NCBI RefSeq assembly: GCF_001194135.2
Contig: NC_069007.1
Span: forward strand, 1,662,126 to 1,726,125
Length of the DNA stretch: 64,000 bases
Direction of reading: 5' to 3'
Source of the DNA: Octopus bimaculoides
Lineage: Eukaryota
Position numbers and translations under genes: made by a program. This document shows positions 12,565 to 23,919 of the stretch, one piece after another (position 1 is the first letter of the stretch; each line of letters starts with the position of its first letter). The notes below the pieces were generated by a model. It was given only the letters and a program-made list of their open reading frames with translations, made no database searches and was not told where the DNA came from.

Positions 12565-12692
12565 GTTCTATATTCAAGAGATGAGGAATTATTTATATTA
12601 TTTACAGTATTTACATTTGACGGATATTTTGTCCTCATCTTCTTTGTTACTAACACATCGTTTCGGCTGATATACCCTCCAGCCTTCAGGTG
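12565..12692 (-). mobile_element. Inverted, 5'-truncated family D tail abutting the full copy
   Basis: Reverse complement reads GCACCTGAAGGCTGGAGGGTATATCAGCCGAAACGATGTGTT...GATGAGGACAAAATATCCGTCAAATG...AATTCCTCATCTCTTGAATATAGAACT. Confidence 0.8.
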
Positions 12693-12958
12693 CCCACGGG
12701 CATATGGCGTAGTGGTTATGAGCGCATGCTATTTGCCCCAAGATTCAGAGTTCGATCCCAGGCAGTTACCTGAATGATGATGATGATGATAATAATAAAA
12801 TTGAAAAATACCTTAAGAATGAGAACCCAGGATCGAAATTTCCCCCAAGACACCTGATGAAGGCTGGAAGGTATATGAGCGGAAACTTTGTTCCAACAAC
12901 AAACAAGATGAGGACAAATATCCGTCAAATATAAATAACGTAAATAATGTAAATAACA
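12693..12958 (+). mobile_element. Family D element: tRNA-like head, (GAT/AAT)n linker and hammerhead-bearing Penelope-like tail
   Basis: A box TGGCGTAGTGG (12705-12715), B box GTTCGATCC (12750-12758), microsatellite linker, then GACAC-CTGATGA-A-GGCTG...GAGCG-GAA-ACTT-T-GTT (12849-12892) and the shared tail. Confidence 0.75.
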
Positions 12959-13364
12959 CTGTGTTACAAAACTTTTTATTGTATATTTATTTCTGTCTTT
13001 GGTCAGTATTTCCTGTTTTCTTCTATCTAGAAATCAAAAGGAATGTTTACTATTCTCTCCAAATTTTGCTTTTGTGACCACTTGATCATGTCCCTTTGTG
13101 GCTGACAATATGTGCATCGCTGATCATGAGCAAGAGTAGTGGTGGGATGCACCATAACTGGGTATTGACAGAAATCCTTTGTGGTTTCAATAAATATCGT
13201 AAGAAAGCAAGGTTTGAAGGAAACTCTTGCTATTTTTCATACTTTCAAGAGTAAGCAAGTATGAAATAACAGTTGCTACCTGAAAACATAAGTCGTAACC
13301 CATTATACATTCGTATTGAATTTTGCTGTTGATGCTGTTTGAATCCAAACGAATCGTGACTGCA

Positions 13365-13400
<36 letters not shown>

Positions 13401-13659
13401 NNNNNNNNNNNNNNNNNNNNNNNNNNNNNNNNNNNNNNNNNNNNNNNNNNNNNNNNNNNNNNNNATATATATAAGAGAGAGAGAGAGAGAGAGAGAGTAA
13501 CAGCAATAGCATATTTGTATCGTCTTTTTTTCTGTTTAGGGTACCTATGATTACATTATATAAAGAATTCCTTATAGGTCATTAAGATTTGAAAAATGAT
13601 AGATATGAAACGTCGGATCAGTTGAAATATGTATGTGCATATCTAAATGCTGGTTTCCA

Positions 13660-14090
13660 TTTTGGTAGAAAGCCACCGACTGTGGAATAAGGTGCAAGTG
13701 GTTTCCATAGATCTCAATGCTAAACTGGATCTTATCGATCCAGAAAGAATGAACAGCAAAGTGGACCACGGAAGCATTTGATCTCAGAACGTAGACCCAC
13801 AAGAAATGCCGTTATGCCTTTTTTCCAGTGGGTAATGATTATGCCAGCTGGCATCTTTATCAAATCGAAATATTGATATAAAATTTGTGCAGAAGGCCAG
13901 CAATTTCCAGGGACTGGTTAAGTCGATCAAATTGATGCCAGTTCTCAACAGGTACTTAGCTTTTCAACACTTCGGGGCGAATAATATAAGTCGAGACCCC
14001 GGTGTCATTTGAACTCAGAAAGAAAAAATTCGTCAGGAATATGTTGAACCACTTTTTGGTGACGTGGTAACTATTCTGCCAGTTCGCCAC
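13660..14090 (-). mobile_element. Two co-oriented decayed family A SINEs (about 13660-13855 and 13880-14090)
   Basis: Both carry degenerate ATTTGAACTCAGAACG cores and head remnants (TGCCAGCTGGC / CTGCCAGTTCGCC). Confidence 0.65.
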
Positions 14091-14397
14091 TTTATCATAT
14101 CTAAACATGGTTAATATCCGCAGACAGCTTAGTCTGCGAACCGGGAACGTTAAATTTCGAGAGTCAGAAAGTGATATCTAATGAGCGTAGGATATTTCGT
14201 AAAGTTAACTTAAGATAATTACCCGATCGTTTAAATCTAACTTACTTTAGCCTATATCCCCGAAATCTATCAAAACCGTACTGCCATTGTCCAGGCAAAC
14301 GTCTTCCACGTCGGTTCTAGATAGGTGACGATAGATAAGCAAGTAAACTTTGATTTTCGCTCCTAAATCTATTATGTAATGTTCTACAACATTTTAG

Positions 14398-14680
14398 CGA
14401 GCTTGTACAAACGCCAGAGTTGAGCTCTGAATAGAAATTATTCTTGTTGTGGCCGAAGGCTATCGTCTGTTAATAAGAGATATCTCAACTCTAATCTTGT
14501 AGCAATTTCATTATTTCTTGTTTCATACACATAACATACGAAAATACAGCGAATTTTATAGTATATATAATAAAATGTTTAATGTTATTAATAAACATTG
14601 TTGAAGATAATTTAATCTTCTGAACTTGTTATTTCTATATATTAGATATTTTAATCATAATATAACCGCAAAACTAGTGA
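14398..14680 (+). repeat. Old dispersed repeat or duplication, copy 1 (copy 2 at about 17358-17640)
   Basis: Collinear blocks with exact matches CATAACATACGAAAATACA (14530-14548 / 17483-17501) and TGTTATTAATAAACATT (14583-14599 / 17541-17557). Confidence 0.7.
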
Positions 14681-16378
14681 CCTCCGATCTAAACCACAAA
14701 ATAAAGACCTCAGACTAAACTAAAACAGAGGCACAGAACTAGAATACTGGGTAACATGTAAGCGAACTATTTAGCCTCTACCTGAACGACGACAGCGAAA
14801 GGGTAAACCTAAGCAATAGATTATATAACAAATGAATGAGAACTAGCTGGCAGCATACAGGGCGCATAGAATAAGGGCGCAACATGCAAGACAGCCTAAG
14901 GATACCCGACACCAGCATCATTAAATTGTTGATGTCCGATATGAAACATAAAATAGAAAACGAACTGAAAACTACTTGACAAACCGTGCTTAAATGAATA
15001 GAATTGGTAAGGCCCAATAAAGAGCGATGAAGATTATGAAGTCCTACCTGCTGTAGTTACACTCTCAAGATGAAATATTTAAAGGTTCTAACTGTTATTT
15101 CTAGCGGTTCTTTCAATTCTTAACATATTCCTCTTTTATTCTCGTACCTAATATATTTCTCGTTGAAATCGCACGTTGCTTTTTTTCTTTTAAATTTAGT
15201 CGCAGATTCCAATCGCTTTCTTTATTCTATTCGGTGAAATTGTGCCACATAAAAGGATTATTGATACCGGAAAAATATGAAAGTCGGATGTGGACAAAAA
15301 CCTGACCAGTGACTCACGTTAAGAGGCACGAAATCAATATTAATTTGTGCCAAATATAGCATATAATGACAAAGAGCAATACGGTATTCGAACCTAAAGC
15401 TTCAAATAATAAACCAGTAGGGCGTCATGTCACCTCTAAAGCCCCAACAATGTTTAGAAATTCAACTTTCTATACACTTCTCCGTTTTGCAGCTGCAGTG
15501 TTGATTATGAACTGTTTTTCTCACCAGGTTTACAGTCTCTAATTCCAGAGACAATAATTTTACTATTGTAAAGATTGACACACGTAGTGATCGTCATGAA
15601 AACAAGACCTAACCATCGTTTTACCCCAACTTTCGTTCCACTGCACAAACTAAGCTAATCCGCTATGCCCGTGCACATTTATCATATGAACGGGTTCAAT
15701 TTAAAATATACACCACATTCAAGATAACAAATTGTCATTCTCCTTTCCCTATTTATAACAATTTAAATAACCCTTACATGTCTCCTAAAAAGTATGTTTT
15801 TCCTATTGAAACATCAAATATTTGATTGACATAAACAGAAATACTATTAAAACGAATTGAAATCATTTTCTCTGTGCTAACGTTACAAATGTAAACTACC
15901 ATTCTATCTTCACTTCGATGAACATAACAACAGTGAACAAACAGAAATCTGCACTTCATCATCTCTCCAACGAGCAGGTTTACTTCATTTTCAGAGCGAA
16001 ACGCGGAGAATGGGTTTTTCCTCATTGTTATTCTTAAATTATCACACCTACCTGAAATTCGTCTCAAGCCAGTAGTTTAATTTACAAATCCACTTCTATT
16101 ATACACGTCATTGTATGGTCACGATGGAAGTAGTTTCTATGAACTTTGCAAGTCAATTCAGTATAACCTGTCAGATTGTCCAACCCCTACCTCCATCATT
16201 TTCTTTCCTCTTCACTCATCGAATATGCAGCAAACTCGACCCATGGATTTCTTTCGAAAAGTGGCGTATCTGATGCATATTAGTTATTTTTTCGTAGTTC
16301 ACGGACTTTCACCCGATTACAGACAAAATTATTTCACCAGATATACCACAAAAAAAATTTCTACTTATACGTTGATAA

Positions 16379-16935
16379 CACTGCAACAAATTTCAGATAC
16401 AAAAAAAAAAGACAAGTTAAGAAAGACTTGTTTCTGGGTCAAAAAATTGTCCTGATTCTGATTTTTACCTTTATTTCTCCAGATTAAGCACTGTCTTCCT
16501 GTACCATGAACAATATGTTTTATAATATACTGCATAATATTGCGTATTGAACACAACATTGCAAATACTGAAAGTTACAAAAAACAAAATAAATATTTAG
16601 TTGGTATAACAAAACATATATTGGTTATGAATTAAAAACACACCTGTCAACTTAAACAACTTTTGTCCTTCTAAGCCACTAGTGCGGAGTGTGATCTTTT
16701 TTAAACCCCAGCAGTAGTCTGCCAACATACCAAGGTTCCATTTTCCTTTGAATCGTCGCTCCATCACTGAAATATCCTGATGGAATCTTTCACCATGTTC
16801 ATCACTCACATCACCAAGATTTTCCGCAAACAAATCCAAATGACAGTGAAGCACATGAACTTTTAGAGACCTGTTACATGCCATATCATGAAAATGACTC
16901 ATCAGCTTCAATTCACATCGCCTGCTTTTTGCCAT
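16379..16935 (-). mobile_element. 3' end of a Chapaev3-like (CMC superfamily) DNA transposon with C-terminal transposase relic
   Basis: ORF 16597-16935 contains ACNRSLKVHVLHCHLDLFAENLGDVSDEHGERFHQDISVMERRFKGKWNLGMLADYCW, the MSLKxHFLHSHLDFFPENLGxVSDEHGERFHQDI..ADYCW signature I associate with Chapaev3. A terminus TAA|CACTGCAACAAATTTC at 16376-16394 fits the CACTG TIR start and TWA target. Confidence 0.75.
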
Positions 16936-17357
16936 ATATCATTGCACTCATTGCAAATAATATCATTACAAATATAAACACATACACATGTTCTAGCTCC
17001 TTCATATCGTCAATTTATCTTGAAACAAAATAACTAAAAAATGGTTATTGAAGCAGGTTATATTCCCCGAATTATAACCAGGAATGTTTAATTTTAAATA
17101 TGAAATCTGCTGGTGGAAATTTGCCTGTGTTTATATTTGTTTATATTAATCAGAGAAAATTACAAAAAGGAATTATCTGTGGACAACATTAACAAATCTA
17201 GAAGAATTCTAGATTCCGTAATGTTCACCAGTTATTCTTTACGATATACGACATTGTAATTCCAGCTGATATATCTTCAGTTTTTGATATACAATAGACA
17301 AAAAGAAATGTTAAATATTCACTCCGACAGTCTAACAGAATAGTCTATAACATTTAT

Positions 17358-17640
17358 CGAGCTTACAAAACCTTGATTTTCCAACCTATAGAAATTCTGG
17401 TTGTGATCGAAAGCTTTGACCTACATAAATTATAAAGTAATTTCTCAACTTTCAGTAATTTCATTGTTTCGTAATTCACCTCCATAACATACGAAAATAC
17501 AACAAATTGTACATTGTATATATATATAGGAAAATGCTTCTGTTATTAATAAACATTATTAGAGATAAGTCTTTCTTCTCAACTTGTTACTCGCATTGAT
17601 TATTCAACATAATAATCATAACACAGCTACAGACTGAATA
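17358..17640 (+). repeat. Old dispersed repeat or duplication, copy 2
   Basis: See 14398-14680. Confidence 0.7.
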
Positions 17641-18049
17641 GATAAAGTTATTACTCCAGAATATTATAATCTCATTAGTATGCACTATTGATTTTGAAAT
17701 GTTATTTTGAATGTAGTTAAGAGAGGAATAAGTTATAATGGAATGAGATAATTCAGATAGAGTATATAGGTTTCAATGGAGGATATTCTTGGCGTATTAG
17801 GAGAGCAATGTGCACTCGCCAAAGACGTTAAATTTTTAATATTTCTGATCTTGCAGGTTTATAATGTAATAGAGTTGTAATTTATTTTCACAATCTAATA
17901 ATAGACACCCAGAATCGAAGTTTAAATGAAGCTGAATTTGTTCAACGCACACACATGCGCCCACTTCACTATCATCCACGAACGCGCACTTGTATACACA
18001 CGCACGCACGCACGCATGCATGCATACATACATACATACATATATAGGG

Positions 18050-18420
18050 AGACTTCACAAAAAAACAGCAGACGAAGACAGGTGGTGTAGAAAGCTAACA
18101 GATGTATTAGTATAAAACGTGGTGAGCTGGCAGACTAGTTAGCACGCCGGGTAAAATACTTAACGGTATTTCGTCTGCCGCTACGTTCTGAGTTCAAATT
18201 CCGCCGAGGTCGACTTTGCCTTTCATCCTTTCGGGGTCGATAAATTCAGTTCCAGTTACGCACTGGGGGTCGATGTAATCGACTTAATCCCTTTGTCGGT
18301 CCTTGTTTGTTTAGCCCCTAGTGGGGAATAAAGAAATAAGATGTGTTAGTATAACGCTCGGGAATTGAAAAAGTCTTGAACGGTTTGAGCCTACGCCCCT
18401 CCGCATAAACAACATATGTA
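18050..18420 (-). mobile_element. Family E Penelope-like tail interrupted by a family A SINE
   Basis: Left part (GAAGACAGGTGGTGTA...GATGTATTAGTATAA) and right part (CGCTCGGGAATTGAAAAAGTC...GAGCCTACG) join to match the uninterrupted copy at 21590-21702. Confidence 0.7.
18116..18338 (+). mobile_element. Near full-length family A SINE (tRNA head plus Deu/Nin-like domain) with 16-bp TSD
   Basis: Head GGTGAGCTGGCAGACTAGTTAG, B-box-like GAGTTCAAATTCC, core GTCGACTTTGCCTTTCATCCTTTCGGGGTCGATAAA. Flanked by AGATGTATTAGTATAA (18100-18115) and AGATGTGTTAGTATAA (18339-18354), 1 mismatch. Confidence 0.9.
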
Positions 18421-19269
18421 TACGTAAATATATATATGAATGTATATCTTTTACNNNNNNNNNNNNNNNNNNNNNNNNNNNNNNNNNNNNNNNNNNNNNN
18501 NNNNNNNNNNNNNNNNNNNNNNNNNNNNNNNNNNNNNNNNNNNNNNNNNNNNNNNNNNNNNNNNNNNNNNNNNNNNNNNNNNNNNNNNNNNNNNNNNNNN
18601 NNNNNNNNNNNNNNNNNNNNNNNNNNNNNNNNNNNNNNNNNNNNNNNNNNNNNNNNNNNNNNNNNNNNNNNNNNNNNNNNNNNNNNNNNNNNNNNNNNNN
18701 NNNNNNNNNNNNNNTATATGTGTGTTGTTGTACTTGGGGACGGTCATATTGCCAGTTTAGCCAATAAAAACACACGCACTGTATATTTGGTGTTAATTTG
18801 CTTCAGCTTTATATTACATTAATCTTAATCTTATTTCGGCCAGAGTTCTTTCGTCACACTTCTGTGACCTCATCAGTGGTCCTTTGTTTCCTTCCTTGTT
18901 ATGTGTGTCTCACCTTGCTAACTATCAGCCATTATATATATATATATATATATGTATGTATATATGTATGTATGTATGTATGTAACCATCACTAAAATTG
19001 ACCAAAGCTGCAGAAAGAATCCGCACTGCAAGAAATAAGTCATAGACACTTTAACCAGAGAAATTGTACGTTCTATTCAAATAGAACTTGTGTTTTCTAC
19101 GGTTGAAGAGTATGTGACTGTTATTTCTAGCAATGCTGGAGCTCCGTGCATCCTTGCTCACTTTTTGGTTCGAAATTGTGTCCAGCCACCTTAATTATTA
19201 CACATACGCACACGCACATATTTACACACACCCACACACACCGATATATATACATATATATATATATAT

Positions 19270-19310
<41 letters not shown>

Positions 19311-19374
19311 CATCTATAGATTTAGATAGATAGGTAGATGGATGGATATATGCATATGTGTGTATGTGTGTATG

Positions 19375-19570
19375 ACCATATGATTGTGTTTGTCAAGCAC
19401 CACAGCCTGGTTGTGTTTATCTCCCTGTAATCTAGCGGCTTAGCAAAATAAAAATATAATATGCACGAAAGCTAGAAAATATTATTGTAGAGGATTTGTT
19501 CGATAATCCTAATCCAGGCGGTGCTCCAGTATGGTTGCATTCCAGCGGCTGAAACACATAAAAGATAAGC
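19375..19570 (+). mobile_element. 3' half of a family B SINE
   Basis: Tail GGCGGTGCTCCAGTATGG...GGCTGAAACACATAAAAGATAAG, preceded by degenerate body TCCCTGTAATCTAGCGG. Confidence 0.65.
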
Positions 19571-20364
19571 ATAACTTGTATAAATCTGGCGAATATCCTT
19601 TTGGAGAGTGACTTACTTCAGTGACTGTAATAAAAGAATTCTTGGTCACAGGTGAGATAAGAATGATTATAAGTCTTCCTATGAAAGCACACTCGCGGTT
19701 AAACAACAGCAACAACAAAAGCAACAGCTAAATCCAAAGTAACAACTACAGAAACCAAACCAACAACAACAACAACTATTCTTACTGCACACAAACGCAC
19801 ATACGCACCATTAATGGTGTGTTAGTACGAAAATGTTGAATACTGTTTATTAGCAAAGACAGTAATTTTCACTTATTTTCATGTTCTTTTCTCTGTTACG
19901 TATCATTGATGTCATGTACAACATTTCCAATCTGGCATCTACGATATCGGCTGCACATTCTACAAGGGATTGCACGGCACCGTTCGATACGGACAGATAT
20001 TTAGACTTGCATGCATAAATTGCTAATCGGAAACATAAAACATGTTCGATAAAGTTTCTAACACAAATCACTGCTGCAAAACATAAAGTAGTTTTTATTA
20101 TTATTAATAGCATCATTATTATTATTATAATTATTATTATTATTATTATTATGGTTGTTGTTTTTCCTATTAAAACATGGGCATGATGGAAAGATATTAT
20201 TCATATATATTTCGTTTTATATATACATGTGTGTGTGTGTGTGTGTGTATGGGTAATATGTATGTTCCTATAATATATATATATAGACATTTTACGCCCA
20301 CACAAATATATAGTGCATAATAATAATGATAATATATTTTATTAACCATATGTATTTAATATGT

Positions 20365-20395
<31 letters not shown>

Positions 20396-20489
20396 GAATA
20401 TGTGTGTGTGTCTGTGGGCGTGTGTATATTTTATAATTTGAGTATTTTTCTTACAGATTATCACAACTACTATCATTATTGCCACTACT

Positions 20490-20515
20490 AATACTACTCC
20501 TCCTCCTCCTACTAT

Positions 20516-20560
<45 letters not shown>
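20490..20560. repeat. (TAC)n/(TCC)n microsatellite
   Basis: Direct reading. Confidence 0.9.
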
Positions 20561-20975
20561 ATATGTTCAAGTTTCTGTATCATGTGCTTAATGCTTAAAA
20601 AAACCCATTACCGATATTATAGTATACTTACGTTTTTGTAAATATAGAGACGTACACACGATCGCATGCGTTTTTGATTAAATTTATTTCCCCTCTTTAT
20701 CATAATTTCAGCATAAGTAAATAATCGTTATCTGATAGGATTTTTGGCTTTCGCTTTCTTTTATTTCGGCATTAAGACAGATTTGTTTCCATAATCTATC
20801 TAAGATATTCTTTATCTTACAACCTCGAGCTCACCTGTACTTTCGTGGCTTCTATCATAACGCGTGGTACAAACATGCTAAACATTATATCGATATTCTT
20901 TCCTGATGTTTGGCTTTAATTTTGCTATCAATAGCAATGCTTAGATAATTTTTATACTCTGTTTATATGTGTGAC

Positions 20976-21007
<32 letters not shown>

Positions 21008-21256
21008 AAGAGAGAGAGTGAGAGTGACAAAGATAGGTAGGTATATATAAATATAGATAGATTGATATACATATATCCTTAAAAATACACATCACACACA
21101 TATAAACACCAACATGCATGTATATATATATATATATATACATATACAAGTACATATTTGTGTTTGGATGTGTGTCAGTATGTATTTACATATATACGTA
21201 TCTTTTCATAACTTTTATATATGCGTATATCTCTCAAGTTATGTACGCGTACCTCT

Positions 21257-21257
<1 letters not shown>

Positions 21258-21341
<84 letters not shown>
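21258..21341. repeat. (CA)n microsatellite
   Basis: Perfect CA run of about 84 bp. Confidence 0.95.
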
Positions 21342-21343
<2 letters not shown>

Positions 21344-21495
21344 TGTATATAGTCAAATATATAATGGAATGATGAAAATATATAGCTCTAAATACTAAAT
21401 TCATCAATCGCAGATGAACATCAGTTTAGAAACAAACATAGAGTACATATTTGAATGTGGGTGTGTATATGTGTGTGAATGTGTATTTTTATGCA

Positions 21496-21526
<31 letters not shown>

Positions 21527-21531
21527 ATATA

Positions 21532-21573
<42 letters not shown>

Positions 21574-21589
21574 GGAGAATATACAAATA

Positions 21590-21702
21590 ATAACCACAGA
21601 CAAGGACAGGTGGTGTAAATAACAAAAGTATATATTAGTATGACGCTCGGGAATACGGAAAGTCTTTGACGTTTCGAGCTACGCTCTTCAACAGAAAAAC
21701 AC
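21590..21702 (-). mobile_element. Family E Penelope-like tail, uninterrupted
   Basis: Homologous to 3375-3498 and 18050-18420. Confidence 0.7.
21662..21700 (-). ncRNA. Minimal type I hammerhead ribozyme-like motif with variant core CUGUUGA
   Basis: Minus strand GUUUUU-CUGUUGA-A-GAGC-gua-GCUC-GAA-ACGU-C-AAAGAC. Helix I is 6 bp (one G-U), helix II is 4 bp, helix III is the palindrome ACGU, and the cleavage triplet is GUC. Confidence 0.6.
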
Positions 21703-21742
21703 GGAGAAAAAAAATTGAATAGTGTTCAGTCAACGGTCAATC

Positions 21743-21778
<36 letters not shown>

Positions 21779-22159
21779 CAAAAAAAGCAACACGGACTTT
21801 GAAGTTTATTGCAGTACGCACCTTTCATATTACTAATTTATTTTAAGTAATGCAAGCATTACTTTAAATACAAAATGCAGACCGATTTTCAGCTGCACAA
21901 GGATATAGAAAATTACAGCAGAATGGATATATTACTATTGTGGCAGCATTTAAAATCTAAGTGAGAAGAAGAATACCTAAATATCCATCTTGACATACCC
22001 AAGACTAGCAGGCTAGTAATTAATTCTAGGTAGAGTTCTAACTGTCTCTGATTTTATCTAGTGGTTTAAAGTATAAGGGAGCAGTATATGGGTACAGGAC
22101 GTCATAAGACCCATATATGCATATATATATACATACATGTATGTATGTATGTATATATG

Positions 22160-22200
<41 letters not shown>

Positions 22201-22246
22201 ATCTGTCTATGTATCTTCTATCTGTCTATCTATCTCTCTCTCTCTC

Positions 22247-22283
<37 letters not shown>

Positions 22284-23327
22284 NNNNNNNNNNNNNNNNN
22301 NNNNNNNNNNNNNNNNNNNNNNNNNNNNNNNNNNNNNNNNNNNNNNNNNNNNNNNNNNNNNNNNNNNNNNNNNNNNNNNNNNNNNNNNNNNNNNNNNNNN
22401 NNNNNNNNNNNNNNNNNNNNNNNNNNNNNNNNNNNNNNNNNTATATATACTATAGAAACATTATAAGATTTGGAAGCCTTAACAAGGGATAATCGTGCAA
22501 GACCCCATGGACTGCAACACCAATTTTGGAAGAATTCTGTCATATATTACGACTCAATTTGTACGAAAAAAACATCTTCTTCCTCTCCCTCTTTTTCTTC
22601 TTTATTCCTCCCAACCTTGTTTTCATAGAACTCAATATGGTTCCACTTTCAATGATATACATTTGTTTATGATCTTCAACGAGCATATAAACTTATGTCA
22701 ATCTGTGCAAATCTCATTTAAATTTTTGCAAACATTTGAATATTTCGTTGCTTAAACATGTTTTTTTTCCAAAGTTTACCTTGAAAATTTAAACTCTCCT
22801 AAATACTTATCTAATCCTTTTTACTGTTGTTAAGCAAAAAATTGTTGAAAGAGGTTTGATATTTGAATAAATCTATTACAAAATTTTCCTATACTTTTCC
22901 TGTATGGGGATACACTTTTTCTCTCCAAACACACGGACGCGTATGCGCAGATATATATATAGTGTGTGTGTGTGTGTGTGTGCCTGACATACAACTACCG
23001 AAACTGGGAAATGCGAAAGTTGTTTGTCAATGAGGAGAGTAGAAGTGGCTAAAAAAGATTGGTACAGCTGTAAGCGTAGAATGCCTACAAAAAAAGCATC
23101 GCTCGAAACTACACAATTCTTCGCAGGGTTCCTGAAGCATTACCAGTAAACAAGTGTCACGTTAGTCTGCTGACAGCTGACTCATTCCATCATATGCAAC
23201 AAAATAACTTGAGTGTTTTCATCAAAAAATAACAATGATAATAATAACATTATATATGTACATATGCATAAAATTGCACCTACACACACATACGCACACA
23301 CACATTTATATAGATATACACGTAAGT

Positions 23328-23622
23328 GCCACTTTGTCGCTTATAACGACGAGGGTTCCTGTTGAACCGATGAACGGAAGAGCCGACACATGATATTAAC
23401 ATACAAAAGACTGAGTGGTCCTTAAACCAGCGTACCATTTCTCCTAGTTCCCAGGGTAATTCAGCCTGGCACAAACTGTGAGAAGGCTGATAGTTTGAAA
23501 TACAGATACAACTCATTTTGCCCTCTGAGTCAACTGAAGCAACGTGAAATAAAGAGCCTTGCTTTAAAACACGACGCACCGCTGTGAATCGAACATTATG
23601 ATCGTGAGCCGGTTACCCTAAA

Positions 23623-23626
<4 letters not shown>
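23328..23626 (-). mobile_element. Decayed tRNA-headed SINE related to family C
   Basis: Shares the block GTTCC(T/A)GTTGA(A/T)CCGAT..ACGGAA...AAGGCTGA...TTTGAAATACAG with 29625-29995, with a head remnant at the right end. Confidence 0.65.
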
Positions 23627-23650
<24 letters not shown>

Positions 23651-23655
<5 letters not shown>

Positions 23656-23919
23656 AAATTAAGAGTAATGACCACCAAAAGTGGACTCCTATATGCTAGA
23701 AATAGATGCCAAATCACCTAACCACGAAGAGTTACAAGAATTTTTTCCTTGAGAAAATATTCTTCGTGGTTAGGTGATTTGGCATCTATTTCTAGCATAT
23801 AGGAGTCCACTTTTGGTGGTCATCCCTCTTAATTTTGTATGTAATATAATTTTAATCTTCGGATGTTTTTAAATATGCTAGGCCACTGGTTTTAATTGAT
23901 TAATATCAATTTCTACCCT
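23651..23919 (+). mobile_element. Asymmetric palindromic element, copy 1
   Basis: 80-bp arms (23651-23730 / 23761-23840; 2 mismatches, 63 bp contiguous perfect), 30-nt spacer, and a one-sided 79-bp tail ending in the hairpin AATTGAT-taat-ATCAATT plus TCTACCCT. Confidence 0.85.

Noticed and set aside
12693-12770. tRNA gene (also other SINE heads at 18121, 29920-29995, 44135)
   Set aside because: A and B boxes are present but I could not build a full cloverleaf, and each continues into SINE body sequence.
23651-23919. CRISPR array or prokaryotic terminator interpretation of palindromes
   Set aside because: No repeat-spacer periodicity, and the context is eukaryotic with dispersed copies.
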